From a virus (Duplodnaviria; Heunggongvirae; Uroviricota; Caudoviricetes), in the IMG/VR virus record IMGVR_UViG_3300032330_001391, positions 117,103 to 160,908 of that record: a DNA stretch of 43,806 nucleotides, one strand, 5' to 3'. Both the position numbers and the translations under genes were made by a program. Positions 26,862 to 37,267 of the stretch are shown one piece after another (within the stretch, counting starts at the first letter, position 1; each line of letters starts with the position of its first letter). The notes beneath the pieces are model-generated. The model made no database searches and was not told the origin of the DNA. It worked only from the letters and a program-made list of their open reading frames with translations.

Positions 26862-27506
26862 CTATATGAAATATTTCAAATAATCTTTTTTAAGATAATC
26901 ATCAAAACGAGGTAATGTAAGTTGTTTCATAGTTAATTCAACAACATTTTTATTAGTACGAGCAGCACTCTCAGCTGTACCTGTTATAACCCAAGGTATA
27001 TTAAATGGGAAATATAATTGCCATAATATTTGAGAATCTTTTTTAGTAAGTAAGTTATATTGATCAATACTTATTTCAACATATTGTATTTCATTTGTTT
27101 TCTTACAGAAAAAACGTCTAAATTCTCCAGCTTGATAATCTTGAGTTGTAGGGTATGTTGGAGAATAAGTTGGTACTATTGTAACTTGATTTGGATTAAT
27201 ATTTTTTATATTATTATACGTCAAAGCATTAATATCACTTCCATCAACATTAGTACTAGTAATGTAAGATAAAGCAGGTGAATTTTGAACATTTGGATAT
27301 TTAGTTGTATCTATTGATTGTATTGGATACAATTGTTGGGTTGGTAAGTCTTGTGGTGTGCGACCTGTATAATAATTCCCATCTGATGTTTTCCAATAAT
27401 ACCCTGAGTATGATAATGTTGGGTCAGGATTATTTGAATTTAAAGTAAATTCATTCCCGTTAGTATGCAGGTTAGTTTTTATTTGTGAGAGTGGATAATA
27501 TGGCAT
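26862..27506 (-). CDS. Hypothetical protein at the end of the baseplate/tail operon
   Basis: Long ORF following the baseplate hub gene. Confidence 0.65.
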   Translation of the reverse strand: MPYYPLSQIKTNLHTNGNEFTLNSNNPDPTLSYSGYYWKTSDGNYYTGRTPQDLPTQQLYPIQSIDTTKYPNVQNSPALSYITSTNVDGSDINALTYNNIKNINPNQVTIVPTYSPTYPTTQDYQAGEFRRFFCKKTNEIQYVEISIDQYNLLTKKDSQILWQLYFPFNIPWVITGTAESAARTNKNVVELTMKQLTLPRFDDYLKKDYLKYFI

Positions 27507-27515
27507 ATTCTATAA

Positions 27516-30500
27516 TTATACGTTTTGGTATTCCCAATGCCAAGACTCTGACGCTATTCTTTTAAATCCAAACTTTGCTCCATTTCCTGCAGCTAACCAA
27601 TCATATAATTTATCTCCAGGGGCAATTCTTTTTAATCCAGATGTAGCAAAATCTATAGCTAAACCAAACCCATGATTGGAAGTACCAGGTGTAGCTGTTG
27701 GAATTTTACATCTACCTCCAGGACAATTTTCAGCATAAACTCTTTGTTGATCAGATACTGTACGGTATGCCGAATTTATTTTAACTGGTATACCTGCTTG
27801 TTCTGCTGCTGCTATAAGTTGGTCTAGGGCTAATGATGCTTTAGTATATAGTCTTATTTTACCACCATCGCTGCTTATATCTCCTTTATATTTAGCAGCG
27901 TTATTTATTTGTCTTAACTTATTTGAAGGTATTTCACCATTTCTATATGTTATTCCTTCTATAACTCTAGTTGTTCCTCCTCGTCCTGTACTAAAGTTAT
28001 TTCCTCTAACTGACGTTGAAGCACCTGGTGCTCTTGCTCCTGTTGTTTTTTCTCCAACATTAAAAGAATCTGTACTACCAAATGGGTTTTTAGGTATAGC
28101 TAATGATTCAAGTGTTGTAATCCATTGATTATCTCTTAATTCATGTCTTATTCCTTTAATAAGAAATTCTAAAGATTGAGGATAATTAGATGGTAAAAAA
28201 TCAGTACCAGCAATATATTTTTGATACACTTTCATACCTGATAAACCATCTATAACAAGAGTGAGATCAAATGGTAAAAAGCCAATATTAGGAGAAGACG
28301 CGTTAGGATTAATTTGTCTTTGTTTTAATGTTTTTCTAGCTTGGTCATATTCAGCAAATGAAGATATTGAATTAGAAAAAGCTTTTATATCTTCTTGGTT
28401 CCATGTAGGTGAAAATCCAGCTATTTCTTGTGTAAATTTACTAAATTGTTGTATTACATTTTTATACTTATCATCAAAAGTAGGAATATTAGATGATGGA
28501 TCTGGTTGAGGATTAGCTCCTATACCTTGTGAGTAAAAATCAAATGATGGAGTATTATTTGGTCGTCTTTGAAGATAAGCAGGAGGAGGAGGAGATGAGT
28601 AACCATTTGGATTAATAGGTTCAATCCACTCATTTTTAATTCTATCTACTAATCCTAGATTTATTGTAGATAATGCTGTCGAATCTTGTCCTGTTATGTA
28701 TCCATTAGCTTGAGCCCCTATTGTAATCATTGAAGCTAAATTAGGAGATACAGTTGTAGTTAAACTTAAATCTCTTACTATTCCTGCTAATGCTGTATTT
28801 GTTCCTTCTACAGGATAAAACCCAAACATTTTAAAATCTGCTTCAATGTTTGCATCTATACCATTTGTAGAGTATTTTTTTAATAGTTTATTTCGATCAG
28901 ATGCGGGTAATGGAGTATCATCTATAAATACTATTTTATTAGTATCTGGGTTTACTGTAGGGAGGATTTTATTAAAATTGCCTGTAACGCTACAAAATCC
29001 ATCTGTTAATGACTTTAATAGATCTATAAGAGTAACATTACCATCATTATCTTTTAAATTCTGAAGCTGGTTTAAGATGTATGTCATATCAAAATATACA
29101 TTCATTAATTGACCATAATATGAAGTATAGTCCGTGTTAGATCCTTCTAGTATAAATGTATTAAATTCAGGAAATAACGTAATAATTTCTTTATTAGATA
29201 ATGTAAATTGTCTTTGAAAAGCACATACTGTTGGATCAGCACTTAATTGCCTATCATATAATAATATTATATTATCCTCGGTTTTGTAATCAAATCCTAT
29301 TATACTTTGTTCAGTACCTTTTAATTTGTATATTATGTTTTTTTCAAGTAATTCTAAAAAATATCCAAACCTAATATAATATTTATCATCTAATACACCG
29401 TTATTATTAAACGATTTTTTTACCGCTACTGCATCTGTACCAATTTTTTTAACAGGATTTCTTTGCAGTTCAATCATAATATTATAAAATAACGCTCCAA
29501 TATCATGAGTATAAGCGTAACTTGATATTACTTGAGCGGATGTAGTATCTCCTGGTTTTTTAGTTTGTGCGGTATTATTATAAAATTCGTTACTATTTAA
29601 AGGCTGAGCTGGAGTCGTAGGTTGAGTGTAATTTAATCCTGGTGGGAATTTTTTAAGTAATTCTTTTCTATTGATTTTTTCTTTTGGGATATCTGCTGGT
29701 CTTTCCCAATTTTCTACCCACCAATCTGATGCTTCTTCGGCACTATTAAATTGTTGGACTTCATATTTTTTAGTTTCATATTCAGTAAATGCAAAATCTA
29801 TTTGTTTTTTCCAATTAGTTCTCCAATTACCATTAGCTGATGTAGTACCAACATAATTAACCATACTATTAAATCGAGGGCCATTCCATTGCAATAATCC
29901 ACCTGATGGTTTTTTATTACTATCTATTCGGTATGCTCCTATATTAAATGATGATTCTCTAGCCATGTTAGCTAATATGCCTCTCGCTTTATCATCATTT
30001 AATCCTTTTTCATTTATTAAATAATCATATATATTTTTTACAAGAACAGCAGATTTAACTAAATCTATTCCGTTTTGTATACCCGAATTACCAACTACAC
30101 TTTGTATTAAATCAGCAGATGGTTCAACAGGTATAAATCCAGATAATGCATTCATTTTAAGTGATTCAATAACATCACCAATAGTTCTTATAGTTACTGT
30201 CACATCATAACTTAAGTCTCTATTAACAGTCCATGTAAAATTTACTATTTTGCCTAAAACAGCATCATAATTACCACATGATTCTAATCTATTTTTTTGT
30301 ATTACTGGTAGGATTTCATCCCATTTATATTTACTGCTTAAAAAATCATCAGCTAAACTATATGGGTTATTTTTTATAAATGTTTTCTCATCTTTATAAT
30401 ACATTGTGTTTCCCCATTCAATAAGAACTGAATATCCTAAGCTTAGATATAATGTATTAATAATATCAAATTGTTGTTTGTTATAACATTTTATACCAAT

Positions 30501-30938
30501 AGTAGCTGTTTTAAGTGAACCTCTTGTTTCAGTTTTAATACTAAAAGATGTTATACCAGGCATTGGTCTTAAACCAAGTCCTAATCCTCCTATACCATAT
30601 GCTGACTCTTGATGTATTTCATTAGTACGAGCTATTCCTTCTCTCAAACCATCTTTACCTAAACCTTGATAATATACTCCACCAAATAAAACATACTGCT
30701 CAGCTAATTTAGAATCAGGCAATAATGCAGCTGCCATTTGATTATTAGAAGCTTTAGAGCGTTCTTCTAAGTTTACATCAACAGATGAAACCATCTTTAC
30801 CCAACCTGTGTTAGAATTTTGCCAAACAAGAAGACTTGGATCTCCTTCAGGATTCCTATTTTTAGCTCCTTTCTTTTGTTGTCTAAGATTGATTTGTTCA
30901 ACTATCTTACGTGGAAAATTTTCTCCAACTATATTCAT
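27516..30938 (-). CDS. Baseplate hub-like protein carrying a phage-tail-lysozyme domain and a C-terminal M15/VanY-type Zn peptidase
   Basis: GILANMARES...GGLLQW...KQIDF...WERP (lysozyme-like); INSAYRT...ATPGTSNHGFGLAID...ESWHWEY (M15); position after the LysM-like gene in the tail cluster. Confidence 0.8.
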   Translation of the reverse strand: MNIVGENFPRKIVEQINLRQQKKGAKNRNPEGDPSLLVWQNSNTGWVKMVSSVDVNLEERSKASNNQMAAALLPDSKLAEQYVLFGGVYYQGLGKDGLREGIARTNEIHQESAYGIGGLGLGLRPMPGITSFSIKTETRGSLKTATIGIKCYNKQQFDIINTLYLSLGYSVLIEWGNTMYYKDEKTFIKNNPYSLADDFLSSKYKWDEILPVIQKNRLESCGNYDAVLGKIVNFTWTVNRDLSYDVTVTIRTIGDVIESLKMNALSGFIPVEPSADLIQSVVGNSGIQNGIDLVKSAVLVKNIYDYLINEKGLNDDKARGILANMARESSFNIGAYRIDSNKKPSGGLLQWNGPRFNSMVNYVGTTSANGNWRTNWKKQIDFAFTEYETKKYEVQQFNSAEEASDWWVENWERPADIPKEKINRKELLKKFPPGLNYTQPTTPAQPLNSNEFYNNTAQTKKPGDTTSAQVISSYAYTHDIGALFYNIMIELQRNPVKKIGTDAVAVKKSFNNNGVLDDKYYIRFGYFLELLEKNIIYKLKGTEQSIIGFDYKTEDNIILLYDRQLSADPTVCAFQRQFTLSNKEIITLFPEFNTFILEGSNTDYTSYYGQLMNVYFDMTYILNQLQNLKDNDGNVTLIDLLKSLTDGFCSVTGNFNKILPTVNPDTNKIVFIDDTPLPASDRNKLLKKYSTNGIDANIEADFKMFGFYPVEGTNTALAGIVRDLSLTTTVSPNLASMITIGAQANGYITGQDSTALSTINLGLVDRIKNEWIEPINPNGYSSPPPPAYLQRRPNNTPSFDFYSQGIGANPQPDPSSNIPTFDDKYKNVIQQFSKFTQEIAGFSPTWNQEDIKAFSNSISSFAEYDQARKTLKQRQINPNASSPNIGFLPFDLTLVIDGLSGMKVYQKYIAGTDFLPSNYPQSLEFLIKGIRHELRDNQWITTLESLAIPKNPFGSTDSFNVGEKTTGARAPGASTSVRGNNFSTGRGGTTRVIEGITYRNGEIPSNKLRQINNAAKYKGDISSDGGKIRLYTKASLALDQLIAAAEQAGIPVKINSAYRTVSDQQRVYAENCPGGRCKIPTATPGTSNHGFGLAIDFATSGLKRIAPGDKLYDWLAAGNGAKFGFKRIASESWHWEYQNV

Positions 30939-30942
30939 AACT

Positions 30943-31266
30943 TTATTGGTTTATTAGTTTAAACGCACTTATTACACCTTGAGGATTATTTGGTATTCTA
31001 ATCTGTAGTCCTTCTGGTATAACTAATGAATTTTGAGGTAAATCAGATGGAAGTGATGTACCTGCTGTTGCTGTATTAGCAATTGATATTATCCACCATA
31101 ATGATGGATCATTATAATATTGTTTAGCCAATACATCAAATCTATCACCTTGAGATGAATAAACATAAATATCATCTGCACTTACAGGTACTTCTGGATA
31201 ACGAGACGTTACATATGCTTGTCTTGTATTCAGTTTAGTTTGTGGTATGTTTTGGTAACGGTTCAT
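30943..31266 (-). CDS. LysM-like / tail-X-type baseplate protein
   Basis: SQGDRFDVLAKQYYNDPSLWWIISIAN...GLQIRIP. Confidence 0.78.
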   Translation of the reverse strand: MNRYQNIPQTKLNTRQAYVTSRYPEVPVSADDIYVYSSQGDRFDVLAKQYYNDPSLWWIISIANTATAGTSLPSDLPQNSLVIPEGLQIRIPNNPQGVISAFKLINQ

Positions 31267-31268
31267 GT

Positions 31269-32951
31269 TTAACTATCATAATTATTTTTATTAAGTCCTA
31301 TTCCATTAGCTAAAGCTATATATCTTTGTGGACCATATCCTTTATTATCTGTTAATATTGCCGTTTCATTAAATTCTGAAATAGTTTGTTTAGATACTAT
31401 AAAGTCATGTATTGGAGTAAAGGCAGCGGTTACTTTAATCATATGAGGTAATTCTTTTACTGATTTATCTTCACCTGTTGTACTTAATCCTATTTCCCAT
31501 GGTGTATCACTTGATATATCATACGTAAGAGAACTAAAGAAACCAACCTGTTCATATAAATATCCACCAACTGTAAGCTGTATTAAATTACCAGCCATAT
31601 ACCCACTTGGAGTATAATCAGGAGCTAAACTAGAAGCTAAGTAATTTAGTTTTTTATACATAGGTATAAGCTCTTGTTTAGATTGAGCCGCTACTGTCCA
31701 TCCTATATTAATAGCACGAGTAAAATTACTGTATGTATAGAAATTTTCACCACGTCCAAGATATGTTACAGGATTCCAAGATGCGTTATATGAATCAGAA
31801 AAATTATCTATAAATGCTCTAAAATGCATAAATGTTTTGCTTGTAGGAGTTTGGTTATCTATTATAGCAATTCTAAATTTAGCTAAATCATTTGTTCTTT
31901 CTCGAGTTTCATCAACTGCGTTACTTTTATATATTGGGAGAGCGTTTATTTTATCTACTGGTCCTATACCTGAGCCACTACTGTATGATGTTAAATTTTT
32001 GCCTGCCTTATATCCAGGCCCAACATTATTCGAACCACCTATATTAACCCTATTTTCAAGATTTTTATCATTATAATCTGGGGCATCAGGGGTTGCTCCC
32101 GACTCTTCAGCTTGTTTTTTAGGTATACTTGATAAAGCACTTCTAATTCTTTGCCTAAAATCTATTATAGTAGGTGAACCAGGTTTAGTATTATTATCTG
32201 TTACAAAAGATTCTAATCCAGGAGCTATTGACATTACTGAGTCAATGCCTACTTGTTTTTGTGAGTAAGTAAAAACACTATTTTTATTTACAAGAACAGA
32301 TGGATTGTATGTATTAGTCCTTTGATCAGCATATCTTATACCTGTCTTTCCAACACCTAATGTTGAACCAGGACCACCATCATACGTAAGTACATTAACT
32401 CCATTATTTAATGTAAATCCATTTAATCTATGTGGTATACCAACATTTATACTACTATAAAGATTATATAATCGATTTTCTTCAGCAGATTGATTAGATG
32501 TTACTTTAACTCCATATAAATTAGGATTGTTAGAATAAATTCCTGTTTCAGCAAATGGATTTAAACCTTGTTTTAAAACGTGGCCTCCTAATCCAACTAA
32601 ACCAGCTTCAGTTAATGTGGATAAAGGAGTATAAATTCCTTCATTTAATAATCCACTTGTTTGTGTACGTACAGCAGTACGTGATAGTAAATTTTGTTTA
32701 GCAATAAAAAATAAACCATTTATAGATTTAGGATCTTTAAACATTTTAGCTAAACGCTGAATGTCCAGTGCGCTATTTCTAGCCACTAATGCCCCTCCCC
32801 TTAAGATAAAATCATTGCTAGATGATTGAAGATTATTAAATCCTTCAGGTATAGGGATCTGTATGTATGGTTGTCCACTATTTCCACCACCTAACTGATC
32901 ATTACCGTAACGTAAAGACTTTAAGTTAGTTTTGAGATTGATTAAACTCAT
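31269..32951 (-). CDS. Baseplate tail-tube initiator-like protein
   Basis: C-terminal tube-like domain (FRAFIDNFSDSYNASW...LGRGENFYTY...PMYKKLNYL); located between the tape measure and the LysM-like gene. Confidence 0.6.
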   Translation of the reverse strand: MSLINLKTNLKSLRYGNDQLGGGNSGQPYIQIPIPEGFNNLQSSSNDFILRGGALVARNSALDIQRLAKMFKDPKSINGLFFIAKQNLLSRTAVRTQTSGLLNEGIYTPLSTLTEAGLVGLGGHVLKQGLNPFAETGIYSNNPNLYGVKVTSNQSAEENRLYNLYSSINVGIPHRLNGFTLNNGVNVLTYDGGPGSTLGVGKTGIRYADQRTNTYNPSVLVNKNSVFTYSQKQVGIDSVMSIAPGLESFVTDNNTKPGSPTIIDFRQRIRSALSSIPKKQAEESGATPDAPDYNDKNLENRVNIGGSNNVGPGYKAGKNLTSYSSGSGIGPVDKINALPIYKSNAVDETRERTNDLAKFRIAIIDNQTPTSKTFMHFRAFIDNFSDSYNASWNPVTYLGRGENFYTYSNFTRAINIGWTVAAQSKQELIPMYKKLNYLASSLAPDYTPSGYMAGNLIQLTVGGYLYEQVGFFSSLTYDISSDTPWEIGLSTTGEDKSVKELPHMIKVTAAFTPIHDFIVSKQTISEFNETAILTDNKGYGPQRYIALANGIGLNKNNYDS

Positions 32952-33223
32952 TATTGTGGTGGATTATCTAAATACTTTGGAGGAGTCGCACCATTTAAAT
33001 CTAATTGTGAAGGTTGTGGTAAAGCATTATTATATCCATCGTTGTAAGCCACATAAGCTGCATTTACATCAACAGCATTATCTCCATTTAATGAATATGA
33101 AGCCATATTACCATCTGCGTGTAATTTAGATTGCTGCGTTGCTCCAGGATTAATAGAAGGTGTAGCTCCATTTCCTGCACTTAATGGTGATCCAGTGTTT
33201 GTTAACATGTCTAATAGTCCCAT
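32951..33223 (-). CDS. Small hypothetical tail-region protein
   Basis: Packed ORF preceded by a TATTTATA motif. Confidence 0.6.
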   Translation of the reverse strand: MGLLDMLTNTGSPLSAGNGATPSINPGATQQSKLHADGNMASYSLNGDNAVDVNAAYVAYNDGYNNALPQPSQLDLNGATPPKYLDNPPQ

Positions 33224-33253
33224 AGTTTTATGTTTTAGTTATAAATATTAGTA

Positions 33254-35644
33254 TTATTGAACTTTGTACCCACCTACAGCCATTGCTGTACCCATTTTTG
33301 TACCATTTAATACAATAGTACCTTCTTTATTGAGGATACCAGTAAGTAAACGATTTTGTTCTTTTAAAAGTTGTACCATTTCTTTAGAACTACCTAAAGA
33401 TGTACCACCAGCGGCTACTACAGTATCTTCAGGAAGAGTTTTAATAACAAAATCTTTAGCAGGAATGCTTTGACTTTGAGTTCTAGATTCAAGTTCTTTT
33501 CGAGCGGATATTGCTTCTTCTTTTAATTTTACATTTGCTAAATCTTTAACAAAATTAATACCAGAAAAACCAGGCAAAACGCTTGTTATTGCTGTCATAG
33601 CAGACCCAGCCCAGCCAGGCCCTTGATACATCGCTTGTTTTTTTAATTGTTGGATATTAGCTTTTTCCTCTTCTGTTTTAGCTTGTACTTCTAACTGTCT
33701 TGCTTGTTTTCTAGCTTCACGTTCTTCTTCTGACGATCCTGTTATGAAGTCTACAAAATCTTTAATCTTTGCAGCTAAATCTTCTAAATATTCACCATCA
33801 ACAAAATCTGTAAATGCTTCTTTAGCTCGTTCTAATGCTTGGTTAAATTTTTCTTGGGCGGTTGTTGATTTTTCTGCTTGTTCTAATGATTTGCCACTTA
33901 ATATACCTTGTTCAAGAGCTGCTACTTTATTTTGAAGGTTAATATCTTCACTTACACGAGCCCTTTCACGTAAATTTTTAAGTGTTTCTCCACCAACTTT
34001 ATTAAGTACTTTTTGTTTATATAACATATCAGCCATCTCTTCAGCACTCATTCCTAATGAACCAGCTATAGCTTCTTGTTGTATAACATTCATTTTTGCA
34101 AATTTCTCTTGAGTAATACCTTGTTTAGATATTTCCTGAGTTAGTCCTGCTATATCATGATTTAAAGCGTACGCTCTAGCTCTTTCTAAATTTAAATCTC
34201 TACCTGTAAGTAATTCGGCCTCTAGTTCAGATGAAATTGATTGTTCAAAATTAAGTAATGACTTACCTATTTTACTAACTTGATCTAATGTTAATCCTAA
34301 TTTTTTAGCTTCTAATGTTGTTTTAACTAATGATCCTAAATTACCATTAAAATTTATTTGTATTAATTTGCTAGTTTTAGCTATATCAGCAAATACTTTT
34401 TTACCTGCAGTAAGGAGTTTATTTTGATTAGCAAAAGCAGCTATTTGGTCATACACTATATCTTTACCTTTATCCGCTTCAATATTACTAGCCACAAAAG
34501 CTTCTTGTACACCAAACGCTTCTTCTTTAGATAAATCAAGATTTTTAGTTAAAATGATTTGAGTTTCAATCATTTCATTTGTAGCAGATGTAACAAAATC
34601 TGTTAATTCAATCAAATCAGTATATGCTTCTGTTACATCTTTAGTTGTGTTATAAATAGAATCCATCTCAAGTTTGGTATCTTTGAGACTATTATATACA
34701 CCTCTAGCTTCATCTTTAGTCAACATCATTCCTTTAGCTAACTTAGTGACTCGTTCATCAGCTGCAAACATAGCATCTTTAATAAATTGAGCAACTTTTG
34801 CTATGAGTTGTAGTAAAGCACCTATCCATCCTCCACCTTTAAAAAAACCACTAATCCCTCCTGCTATTTCTCCACCAAACGCTTTAGCTCCTGCTCCAAA
34901 AGCACTTCCTCCTCCAGTTGTTGCTTTTCTAAGAGCAGCGGCGGCTTCTTTACCTCTTAAACTTCCAGTTATGTCTGTTAATCCTAATGCTTCTAGTCTT
35001 TTCTTAGTTAGTCCTGATCCTGTTTGTAATTGATAATTAGTTAATCCTGATTGAGATATTCTATTCTTAGCTTCTCTAACATCTGCATTTCTTAGTACTT
35101 GTTTTCTTGATGCTTCCGCTGCGGCTTCAAATGGAGAAGCGAATGCTCTTAATCCACGTACATCTTTAACAAATTCAGCCATTTTAGAAAAGAATATAGT
35201 TCTTTTATCTAAAGCAGCTGCCGATTGTGCTAAATTTTTATATTCATAAGCTAACATTTTAGCTTGATCTTTTGCTTCTCCTAAAAGATAAACACGTCTA
35301 TCAATTAAAGCATTAAGTTTAGTTTCTCCATTTACTTTACTATTAAGCAGTTCATTAATTTTTATATCTAAAGCTCTAGCAGCATTTCTAGCTTCATTTT
35401 GAGCTTTAAGAGCCGCTGTTGTTCCTTTAGAAGATAAAAGAGATTTACCTTGAGTATCTAAAATTCTTCGAGATAAACTACTTATTGTATTAAAAGACGA
35501 CTCCCAATCTGTTAATGGACCTCCAGCTTTTATTAATTCTTTATTTAAATCTTGAGTTTGCTGTCTTATTTCCTTAATAGCATCCCCAATGTTAGATACC
35601 CTCCGGGTTGTTTCTTCGTCAAATCCTTTAAAATTGTCAGCCAT
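33254..35644 (-). CDS. Tape measure protein
   Basis: 796 aa, Ala/Leu/Lys-rich helical, with a glycine-rich hydrophobic segment; immediately after the tail chaperone. Confidence 0.85.
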   Translation of the reverse strand: MADNFKGFDEETTRRVSNIGDAIKEIRQQTQDLNKELIKAGGPLTDWESSFNTISSLSRRILDTQGKSLLSSKGTTAALKAQNEARNAARALDIKINELLNSKVNGETKLNALIDRRVYLLGEAKDQAKMLAYEYKNLAQSAAALDKRTIFFSKMAEFVKDVRGLRAFASPFEAAAEASRKQVLRNADVREAKNRISQSGLTNYQLQTGSGLTKKRLEALGLTDITGSLRGKEAAAALRKATTGGGSAFGAGAKAFGGEIAGGISGFFKGGGWIGALLQLIAKVAQFIKDAMFAADERVTKLAKGMMLTKDEARGVYNSLKDTKLEMDSIYNTTKDVTEAYTDLIELTDFVTSATNEMIETQIILTKNLDLSKEEAFGVQEAFVASNIEADKGKDIVYDQIAAFANQNKLLTAGKKVFADIAKTSKLIQINFNGNLGSLVKTTLEAKKLGLTLDQVSKIGKSLLNFEQSISSELEAELLTGRDLNLERARAYALNHDIAGLTQEISKQGITQEKFAKMNVIQQEAIAGSLGMSAEEMADMLYKQKVLNKVGGETLKNLRERARVSEDINLQNKVAALEQGILSGKSLEQAEKSTTAQEKFNQALERAKEAFTDFVDGEYLEDLAAKIKDFVDFITGSSEEEREARKQARQLEVQAKTEEEKANIQQLKKQAMYQGPGWAGSAMTAITSVLPGFSGINFVKDLANVKLKEEAISARKELESRTQSQSIPAKDFVIKTLPEDTVVAAGGTSLGSSKEMVQLLKEQNRLLTGILNKEGTIVLNGTKMGTAMAVGGYKVQ

Positions 35645-35671
35645 ATTAAATTGTATATGTAATAAATATTA

Positions 35672-35700
35672 AAAGGCATCATTTTTTACGTGATGCCTTT
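35672..35700 (-). terminator. Perfect 10-bp inverted repeat (probable terminator/attenuator) overlapping the chaperone-extension stop
   Basis: AAAGGCATCA-N9-TGATGCCTTT, located between the chaperone extension and the tape measure start. Confidence 0.6.
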
Positions 35701-35960
35701 GTTACATAGGTTGGTGGTTGTATTTTTTTATTTTTGGATGCTTCAATTTTTGCCTCACTGCTTGTCCAACTACCATCTACATCTTTAGGTTTAGAATTAT
35801 CATGCCATTCCTTAATCTTATTAAATGTAAAATTGCGTAACCATATAGGCATATTATATACTGTGTTATGATCATACCCACCATTTCCATGAAATACTAT
35901 TTCATGGATCTGTATAAACACATTCATCCTATGTTGAGGTGCTATTTTAGAGGTCAGGCC
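35679..35960 (-). CDS. Tail assembly chaperone C-terminal extension (GT-type), probably reached by frameshift
   Basis: The frame of track ORF 35679..35927 stays open upstream through the T7 run: FFGLTSKIAPQHR-MNVFIQIHEIVFHG. Confidence 0.65.
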   Translation of the reverse strand, partial: GLTSKIAPQHRMNVFIQIHEIVFHGNGGYDHNTVYNMPIWLRNFTFNKIKEWHDNSKPKDVDGSWTSSEAKIEASKNKKIQPPTYVTKASRKK

Positions 35961-36675
35961 AAAAAAAGCTAAGACTAATTGGAATGTCGATGCTCTCCTC
36001 TACACCATTTACCTTTACAGTTGTTGATAAATTAACATCTGGAGAAACATCTTTCATATACTTTCGTAATGCTCTTGAATCTTGGGCTAGTATCTGTTCT
36101 GCAAATAAACGTATATTGTTTTTATCTGTGTCACCTTCTACTGATACAATTTGATGTTTTAAGCGAGTAGTTATTTCCGATGATGATTCTTTATTAAGTT
36201 TTTTCATACTATCAATTTCTTGATCTATGAGTTTATTATCTTTATCACTTAATAGTTTAAATTCTACTTTAGTTCCAGTTGCTGGTAATGTAAACATAAA
36301 AGTACCTTTAGGAGTAACTTTAGTTTCATCAAATGGTTTATTATCTAGTTTAGATAAATCTACAGTATACTCAACATCATCGTAAGTAAACGTGTAATCT
36401 TTACCATAACCCAAGATGCGGGAAGATATGAGTAACGCGTTTTTATCGCCTGTTATTAATTCTTCAATGTCGAATTTTCCCATAACTAATGAATTAAGAA
36501 GTTTGTCTAGTACAACACCACTTTTAATATAGTTTTGGTTTGTTAAAATGTCTTCTTCTTTAGCTGTCATGTATTTCATTTCAACCTTACCACTACGGAG
36601 TGGATGACTTGCTGGGTATACTATTCCTTTTGAGGGTAGTGTTACTGTTTCTGTTGGGAACCTATTTTCTTCCAT
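35947..36675 (-). CDS. Tail/baseplate assembly chaperone (T4 gp26-like N-terminus)
   Basis: VTLPSKG, VEMKYMTAKEEDIL, C-terminal FFWPDL; located between the tube and tape measure genes. Confidence 0.72.
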   Translation of the reverse strand: MEENRFPTETVTLPSKGIVYPASHPLRSGKVEMKYMTAKEEDILTNQNYIKSGVVLDKLLNSLVMGKFDIEELITGDKNALLISSRILGYGKDYTFTYDDVEYTVDLSKLDNKPFDETKVTPKGTFMFTLPATGTKVEFKLLSDKDNKLIDQEIDSMKKLNKESSSEITTRLKHQIVSVEGDTDKNNIRLFAEQILAQDSRALRKYMKDVSPDVNLSTTVKVNGVEESIDIPISLSFFWPDL

Positions 36676-36721
36676 AAATTGTATTTTATTATAACGTTAT
36701 TGTTGTATATAAATATATGAT

Positions 36722-36750
36722 AAAATAAGAAAACCCACATTTCTGTGGGT
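36722..36750 (-). terminator. Rho-independent terminator with GAAA loop after the tail tube gene
   Basis: Minus strand ACCCACA-GAAA-TGTGGGT-TTTCTTATTTT; same CCACA-GAAA-TGTGG core as the terminator at 16902-16921. Confidence 0.8.
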
Positions 36751-36778
36751 ATTCTTTAATCTTAAATATAAAGGATTG

Positions 36779-37267
36779 TTAGAAATTCAATACACAATAA
36801 TCAGGCTGAACAGTCATTGAGATATTTTGAGCCGTTGATTCATTATCCCAACTGTATTCACCAAAATTAACATCAGAGATAATACATCCTTTCAATATCC
36901 ATTCACTTACAATATCACCAACTGGGCCTAAGATATCAAGTGTTAGATCTTTCTTATAGAAATCAGAATAACCATCTCTACCTGTTACAGATTCATGATG
37001 TAAACGTACCCATTCCATTACAGCTTGGGCACCAGATGGAGTGATAGGATCAAATAGTGTAAATGAAATTGTACCCCATTTTGATTTTCCTTTTACAAAA
37101 CGCTGCACATTAATGTGATTTAAGGCTATTGTGTCTTGAGTTAGTGTCACTGCACCTACTCCTTTAAGAATATATGATGGGATACCATCAATATACATGA
37201 TAAAGCGATTTTGCTGTTTGGGTTCAAACGCGGTGAAAAATATTTCGTTTGGATCTAGTACTGCCAT
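36779..37267 (-). CDS. Tail tube protein (T4 gp19-like)
   Basis: FEPKQQNRF, KGKSKWGTISFTLFDP, QAVMEW, YKKD..L..LGP.G..V.EW.LKG, FGEYSW. Confidence 0.9.
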   Translation of the reverse strand: MAVLDPNEIFFTAFEPKQQNRFIMYIDGIPSYILKGVGAVTLTQDTIALNHINVQRFVKGKSKWGTISFTLFDPITPSGAQAVMEWVRLHHESVTGRDGYSDFYKKDLTLDILGPVGDIVSEWILKGCIISDVNFGEYSWDNESTAQNISMTVQPDYCVLNF

